The translations under genes and the position numbers were made by a program. The notes beneath the pieces are model-generated. The model saw only the letters and a list, made by a program, of their open reading frames with translations, made no database searches and was not told the origin of the DNA. Of a DNA stretch of 64,000 nucleotides, positions 57,253-64,000 are shown piece after piece (position 1 is the stretch's first letter; each line of letters begins with the position of its first letter). Source of the stretch: Octopus vulgaris (Eukaryota); assembly GCA_951406725.2 (NCBI GenBank), contig OX597827.1, positions 82,522,001-82,586,000 on the forward strand, given 5' to 3'.

Positions 57253-57486
57253 CAGTGGTTCTCAACCATTTTCCACCTAAGGGCCTCTTTGGTTCCTCTT
57301 TTATTCAGGTGGATTCTCCTAGCCATTCAATGTTTAAAATAAATTCATTATATTCGCAGAATCAGGAACTGTATTAGAAAGAGAAAAAAGATATTTGGTG
57401 TATTGTGGAAGTCTAAACAATTGATTGCAGATAAATTTTTAAAAAAACACCCTTATATGGACCCTTAAGGGTCATATTGGCAACTG
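57253..57486. mobile_element. hAT (Charlie-like) MITE remnant
   Basis: Left end CAGTGGTTCTCAACC preceded by gcctagac; eroded right end actg followed by gtctataa. Confidence 0.5.
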
Positions 57487-57998
57487 GTCTATAAGTAGTA
57501 ACTGTGAGAGCAAACCAATTTGTTGACTTCATTTCCTGTTAGAATAAAGAGTCTTTCAGCCAATCACAGAGCACGTATATGGTCACCTGATGTGCTATGT
57601 GTTAGAACACCACCACCCTGCAACAAATTTTCTTTCTTTCATTAAATAGGGATCACAGAGCGCCCACATGTGATACTTTTATAGCTTTCTGGTCTAGTCT
57701 ATTCCATAGAATTGTCAAATGGACTCCTTTAATTTCTTCCTGGATTTCTTTCAATCGAGAACTCCATAAAGTCTCTGGAACGACTGGATTTGGTCAATGA
57801 AATAATGAAAAATCAACCCAAGCGCCATTCTAGAATTGGGGTCCCTTCAAACTAGAATGGAAAATTCTAGCTAGAATCTGATGCTGTTTAATGTAGCAGC
57901 TAAACTGTGCTCAAGAAATTCTCAGCACTCGGTTAAAACCAAAGATTGTATATTTGAAGTGTTGCATCTTCAGATTTAGAGCAAAAACACTTCAGAAT

Positions 57999-58061
<63 letters not shown>

Positions 58062-58245
58062 GAGAGAGAGAGAGAGAGAGAGGAAGAAGTGAATTTTCTG
58101 ACTGAATGGGGATTCACAACTGAATGAGATACACATATTGTTGGTATGCAGTGTGTGTGTGTGTGTGTGTGTGTGAGTGTGAGTGGCTGAGTATTGTGCT
58201 TGTACCTTTACTGTACTATGTGTGAGTGTTTGTGCGGCACATGAG

Positions 58246-58282
<37 letters not shown>

Positions 58283-58352
58283 CTTTTACATACATACATA
58301 CATACACAAAACTACATATTGTGTAAGTGGCTGGGCATTGCACTTCACTGTA

Positions 58353-58401
<49 letters not shown>

Positions 58402-58680
58402 CATATTGGTTTTGTGTTAGTTTTGCAACATCTTCCAATATTTTAAAGTAAATACGGTTGTTTGGTTTGGTTGTTGTATGATTGACTCTGCTTCACTGAA
58501 ATATTATACAGAGTCTTGTTTGACGAAGTTGAAATAACTTGAAATAAATGTTTGTACAGACAGAATTTACATCAACACAAACCGTTCGCTTTGGCTACAA
58601 AATATATTTATGTTATTTAGCGATTCTACAAAATGGTTGGTGGTTTAATGGTGAGGGGTTTTCACTGCAGGCTGTCTGCA

Positions 58681-59192
58681 TGGCGTAAGTGTATGGCGTA
58701 AGTGTATGGCGTAAGTGTATGGTGTGAGTGTATGGCATAAGTGTATGGCGTGAGTGTCTGGTGTGAGTGTATATTGTGACTGTGTAATGTAGCGCAGTGG
58801 TGTGACTCTGTTGTGACTAGGTAGTGATTGTATTATGTGGGTGTATGGAGTGACAATATGGCGTGACAGTGTAGTGTGATTGTATGGTGTGACTGTGAGG
58901 TGTGACCATGTAATGTGACTTTGATGTGACTGTGTGTGCTGTGATTGTATTGTGTAACTGTATGATTTGGTTGTGTAGTGTAACTCTGTAATGCAACTGT
59001 GTGGTATGACTATGGCCTAATTGTGTGGTATGACTGCATATTGTGTCTGTGTAGTGTAACTATGATGTGCAGTGACTATGTTGTGTCTATGGTGTTATTG
59101 TATTCTGTGGCAGAATGTTGTGACAGTGTGTTGTGACTGTGTGTTGTGACAGTGTGTTGTGACTGCGTGTTGTGACTGTGTGTTGTGACTGT
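58681..59192. repeat. 13-bp tandem repeat tggcgtaagtgta grading into a degenerate tgttgtgactgtg array
   Basis: Seven clear units at 58681-58771, followed by diverged units. Confidence 0.8.
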
Positions 59193-60115
59193 ATGCTTTT
59201 GTCTCGCTTTATTGTTTTAAAAAAATTCTCTAAATCATTGATTAACTTGATTTTTGTCCAAATTGATTTCTGAAGTACCTGATAGACTATCAACACAGAC
59301 TAATGAACACAGTAAACACATCTTATTATGCTACTGTAGACAATTACACAAAGTAAACACAGAGAAGACAAAAGGAAAACTCAGGCCCTGGTTCTGTATT
59401 TAGTATGAAAATCTTTAATTTAGTAAACCAATTCTTTCACAAAATATTACACATGTTCTTAAGAATTAGCTTTATAATCATATAATTAATGAAATTCTTT
59501 ATAATCATATAATTAATGCAATTCTTAGAATAATGTTACTTGATTAAAATTTCGAAATTGTCTCCCCTAGCTCCTGTGAACAGAATTATTAATTAATCTA
59601 ATGACTCTCTCTCCTCCTCACTGGCATAATTTTAACCAGTTAAAATACTTTGGTTCATGACATTGTACATTTTAGCACCAAGCTTACCATTTATAAACAC
59701 TGAACATTACTATTTAGGTATTCAGCATTTAACTATAATAAAAATTCAAAGATAATTTTACCATTTTTTTGGCACTGGAGTAAAATTATGAATCCTTCCA
59801 TTTATTTGTGAATGTCGTTTGTATTTTACATTAATCAGATTTGTTAGAAATATTTCTGTTCTGTTCACCTCTTCAGGTGACATTTTCAAAATTTTGAAAA
59901 CATCATCTTGTTCACAATTCTAAGCTTCCCCAGAGTTTTCTATAGAAATCTGCAGATTATGGTTGGCTAATAAATCAAGTTATAAGCAAAGGATCCAATA
60001 TGGAAATACAGTCTTGAAGTGACACAATTCTAAGAACACATCACTAAACATAAAACATAAAACAAAAGGTGTGTACACATACATACATCTTTACATATAT
60101 ATATTTATATATATA

Positions 60116-60163
<48 letters not shown>

Positions 60164-62649
60164 TATATATATATGCATATATATATTTATATATATGCAT
60201 ATATATATATAAATGTATATATTTATATATATATATATAAATGTATAAATTTATATATATATATATAATTGCAGATTTATGTATGTATATATGTATATAT
60301 GTACATGCATACATATATACATACATAGAGATGTCTGAATGTATGTTTGAATATATGCGTGTATACGTATATACGTATACATACGCATATATGCACATAT
60401 GCACACACATGTGAGGATAAAGTTTAACAACTGAAATAAGTAATAATGGCAGCCACAACAACAACAGCAACAACAACATCAGCAAGAACAACAATAAAGA
60501 TAAAGCACCGCTACCTGGGGTTTTGACAAAAGCAGGAATCTTTAATAAAGAACATAAGAGAAAATGCTGTGTTCACACATTTCCTTCGACTTAGTTGGCT
60601 CTTTTCAGGATCTGCTGAAATATCGGTAAGAATGGATTTAGCTTCAGATTGTAAGACATAACGAAACTGAAGGTGTTGATGGTGCTGTGAGTTGAATAGG
60701 TGTCAGTGGTGGTGGTGGTGGTGGTGGTGGTGATAGTGGTATTGGTGGTGGTAGTGGTATTGGTGGTGACAGTGGTGGTGGTGGTGATGGTGGTGATATT
60801 GGTGGTAGTAGTGGTGGTGGTGGTGGTGGTGGTGGTGGTGGTGGTGGTGGTGGTGGTGGTGGTGGTGGTATTGGTGGTGCTGGTGGTTGGTGATGGTGGT
60901 GATATTAGTGGTAGTGGTGGTGGTGGTGCTGTTGGTAGTGATACTGGTTGTAGTGGTGGTGGTGGTGGTGGTACTGGTTGTGGTGGTGGTTGTGGTGGTG
61001 GTTGGTAGGATATTTGCCAAAATCTATCATATTTGAAAGAGAAGACATTCTGTGGCAGCGCTGCACAGCAAAGTGGAAGCAGCTTTAGGAAGTCATTTCT
61101 TCTATAAAATAAATCTTTCAATTTATCCAATGTCATCATCTTCTCTTCATGGGGGATACAAATGGTGCTACATTCTGAAATTTATAGCTCTTTCTTTCTT
61201 ATTCACTCCATTGTACTAATGGCAGCCTTCTTCGTTTTCTTTTCTTCTTTTATGTATGTGTGTATATATGCATGTGTGCACGTATCTATGCAAGTATATA
61301 TGTATTTGTATGTTATTCACTACAAAACATTATATGAAAGTTAATACATCTAACAGATATTGCTTCACCTTTCTCACCACCTTACATCTACTTTGTGTGT
61401 GTGTGTGTGTGTGTTTGTGCGTGCATACTTTTGTGTATGGCATAAATGAAGCTGTGTATGAAATTATAATGGCTCCCACACTCTCCCTGATGTTGAAAAG
61501 AACCAGCCATAGAAATTCTTTTCTAAGAGGGTGTTGAATGTGCTGAAGACCCAGATAATCCCACGCCAGGTAATCCTACCAGAGCGACTGACCCCCAGGT
61601 AATCCCACTAGAGCGACTGACCACTGAAGTTAACAGCTGTTCTGCAAGGGAAAGTTTTACAAGAATTTGAAGCTAGAGGAGACAAGTGGACCATCGGAAA
61701 TAGTTGGGGAAATGTTGAAAATAGGAGAGAAACTATGAAGCAGCAGTCACTGAGAAATTGTAGAGGGAGCTGTCATACCCATGACTGACAAAACAATATT
61801 GTCAGGAAGAGGTCAAAGGCAAACGTGATTCACCAGGAAAAGGTGTCAGTTTGATGGATTGGGTTTTGATATTTAATAAAAGTATGTTGGCACTTTTAAT
61901 TCGGAAGTGAATTAGTTTAGATGAGATGACAATCATAATGGAGTTCTATAAAGATATTTTTCCATATGGAAGAGAACAACAGAAGTACTTCACCAAGAGA
62001 AGGTTTATTCCAGTTAGTGCTGGTCAGACAATGTTTGATGCTCTGTAGTTTGGTGGTCACTAACAAAAATTACTTGGACGGCTAATGAGAGCTGTGCAAA
62101 CCATGTAAAGGTATGTTGTTAGCAAAGGGAGATTTTGTAATGAACTCACTTCTTGTACTCACTGTTCTCCCACCCTGTTTTTCTTCTATAATCAGTCTTA
62201 CACCATGATGCTGTTTCTACTCAAACTCTTTTCCAACAACTCTCATATAGCTGCATATCACTCTCTCTCTCTCTCTCTTTCTCTTTGTCTTTCATTACTC
62301 TACCTCTATCACCGATTTCTTCGTATTCCTTCCCCCTTTCTATCTTTCTCTCTCATTAAAAGACCAACAGCATGTATAAATAGACCTGAGAAGTACAGAT
62401 GTAATCAAAGTGGCTACATATTCTACAAAATCTTAAAGTTCTTCAACTCCAATGATGTATGGTTCTTGGGCCATAAATTTGTCCTCTAGAATGAAAGGAA
62501 TTTGGCCTCATACTTTCTCAGACATTCTCATATCACATGAGACTTCAGTGTGTAACCATCTTGAATACTTCATTCATTTTGTTTTTAGACAAACTGACAA
62601 ATGTAGGATCTTTCTAAAGACCCAAGTGGGATCTGTTTTTTAAGATGAC

Positions 62650-63640
62650 TTTTACGTGGCACTGGTGCAGGGCTCTTGCAGGCCAACCCCCTTCACCAGG
62701 GGAGCGGTCTTAAACACTTCTGCTGTGGAGTACAAATCTTCTTGAGTGCAGCATGGTTCCAGGTATCTCAACCCTTTGACATTTCATCTGAAAGGTTCAG
62801 CGTCCTTCAGTGCTTCATCAATTGTCTTCCTGGGTCTTCCTCTTCCACAAGTTCCATCTAATTTGAGAGACACTTCTTTATGGAGCTGTTGGCATTACTT
62901 GACCAAATCAGTACAGTCTCCTCTCTTGCACACTGCATCTAATCCTTCTAATGCCTCTCACAATACACTAGCACCCTGTCAAACATGTACAAATACATTA
63001 CACACCCAGCAGAGCATACTGGCCTCGTTCCTCTCTAACTTTCACATGTCCTCTGCATCCAGGGTCCATATCTCACTACCATGTAGAATTGCTGTTCATC
63101 TACATGCATTATAGAATCTTCCTTTCAGTCGGAGAGAGGGACCGGGTTGCCAACAGAGGTAAAACCTCTCTGAATTTTTTCCATTCTATTTTCATTCTAG
63201 CTATTACACTTTCTGTACACCCTCCCCACTACTAATTTGGTACCCTAAGTAGCAGAAATTATCTATTACATCTAATAGACCTCCAGGGCATTTGAGAAAA
63301 TCAATTTCCTGAGTATCTGTAGCTTTTATGGCGCCTATACAGCTTCCACATATGGACATTACTTTCTCTGATAACCCTCCTACCATTCCACTGCACCTCC
63401 TGTGTGTCCATAGCTTACATTGTGCACACTATATGGATATTCCTGCCAACGTCTTACCTACAAATCAAGCAGGACCACCCACCTGAAGTGAGTAGGGTCC
63501 TGTCTGTTTCCTTGCTTACCTTAGTCTTTGCCAAGTTAACCTTAACTCTCTTAGATTACAGGTTTTGCTTCCACCTCTAGAAGATAAGAGAGGAATTCAA
63601 GACTGGCAACCCTGAGAACTACTATATGCTGATTTTGTTG
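62650..63640 (-). mobile_element. RTE-clade LINE fragment (RT C-terminal half with PHD-like finger)
   Basis: RVNLAKTKV...WSCLICR...CAQCKLWTHRRC...CGSC...VIDNFCYLGYQISSG. Confidence 0.8.
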
Positions 63641-63726
63641 TATTTTTATTTTCTCTTATATTACCACTTTTTTTACATTCATTTCATTTTCTCTCCTTCT
63701 TTCTGTGTTTTTCTCTCTCTGTGTAT

Positions 63727-63762
63727 CTTTCTGTTGAAGAGCGTAGGCTCGAAACGTTAAAG
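63727..63762 (+). ncRNA. minimal hammerhead-like motif, A6U variant (tandem copy 1)
   Basis: cttt-CTGTTGA-a-gagc gtag gctc-GAAA-cg-TT-aaag. Confidence 0.55.
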
Positions 63763-63958
63763 ACTTGTTTTATTTATATTTCCTGAGCGCCATACTAATA
63801 CAATTGTTCGTTTGTTTTCCACCTGCCTTCGTCTTTTGTTTATTTTCATAAAGCTTCCCGTTATATATATATATATATGTATGTATGTATATTCACCCTG
63901 ATAGATCACTAGCCACTAAACCTTTTTCTATTTTCTCTCCCTGTTTATTTCTGTGTTC

Positions 63959-63994
63959 CTTTCTGTCGAAGAGCATAGGCTCGAAACGTAAAAG
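63959..63994 (+). ncRNA. minimal hammerhead-like motif, A6U variant (tandem copy 2)
   Basis: cttt-CTGTCGA-a-gagc atag gctc-GAAA-cg-TA-aaag. Confidence 0.55.
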
Positions 63995-64000
63995 ACTTTC

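Noticed and set aside
57560-57600. CCAAT plus E-box-like cluster
   Set aside because: Short motifs expected by chance; no other promoter evidence
61565-61622. 29-bp tandem duplication (similar small ones near 32117 and 59470)
   Set aside because: Two-copy local slippage with no further structure
61800-62120. Possible further RTE RT fragment
   Set aside because: Only a faint LMRAVQT resemblance; too decayed to call

Overview
Eukaryotic, AT-rich (intronic or intergenic) DNA that is extremely rich in microsatellites. The repeat content ((TA)n, (CA)n, (TATC)n, (ATT)n, tRNA-derived SINEs, RTE and R4/Dong LINE debris) resembles an octopus/coleoid cephalopod genome; that assignment is inference. 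Nearly all ORFs in the track are microsatellite translation artefacts, and no intact protein-coding gene is recognisable. Supported features are: decayed mariner elements, R4/Dong and RTE LINE fragments, a non-autonomous Helitron, several MITEs, at least four SINE families and satellites. The main unexplained signal is about 15 type I hammerhead-ribozyme-like motifs from about 10 different sequence families. They include core variants (U3-A8, G3-C8, U4C, A6U) and minimal palindromic stem III forms that would need to dimerise. Several sit in, or define the axis of, long fold-back inverted repeats, as expected for Penelope-like/retrozyme remnants. A few short candidate host exons are reported at low confidence. 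All structures were read by eye and coordinates of decayed elements are approximate.
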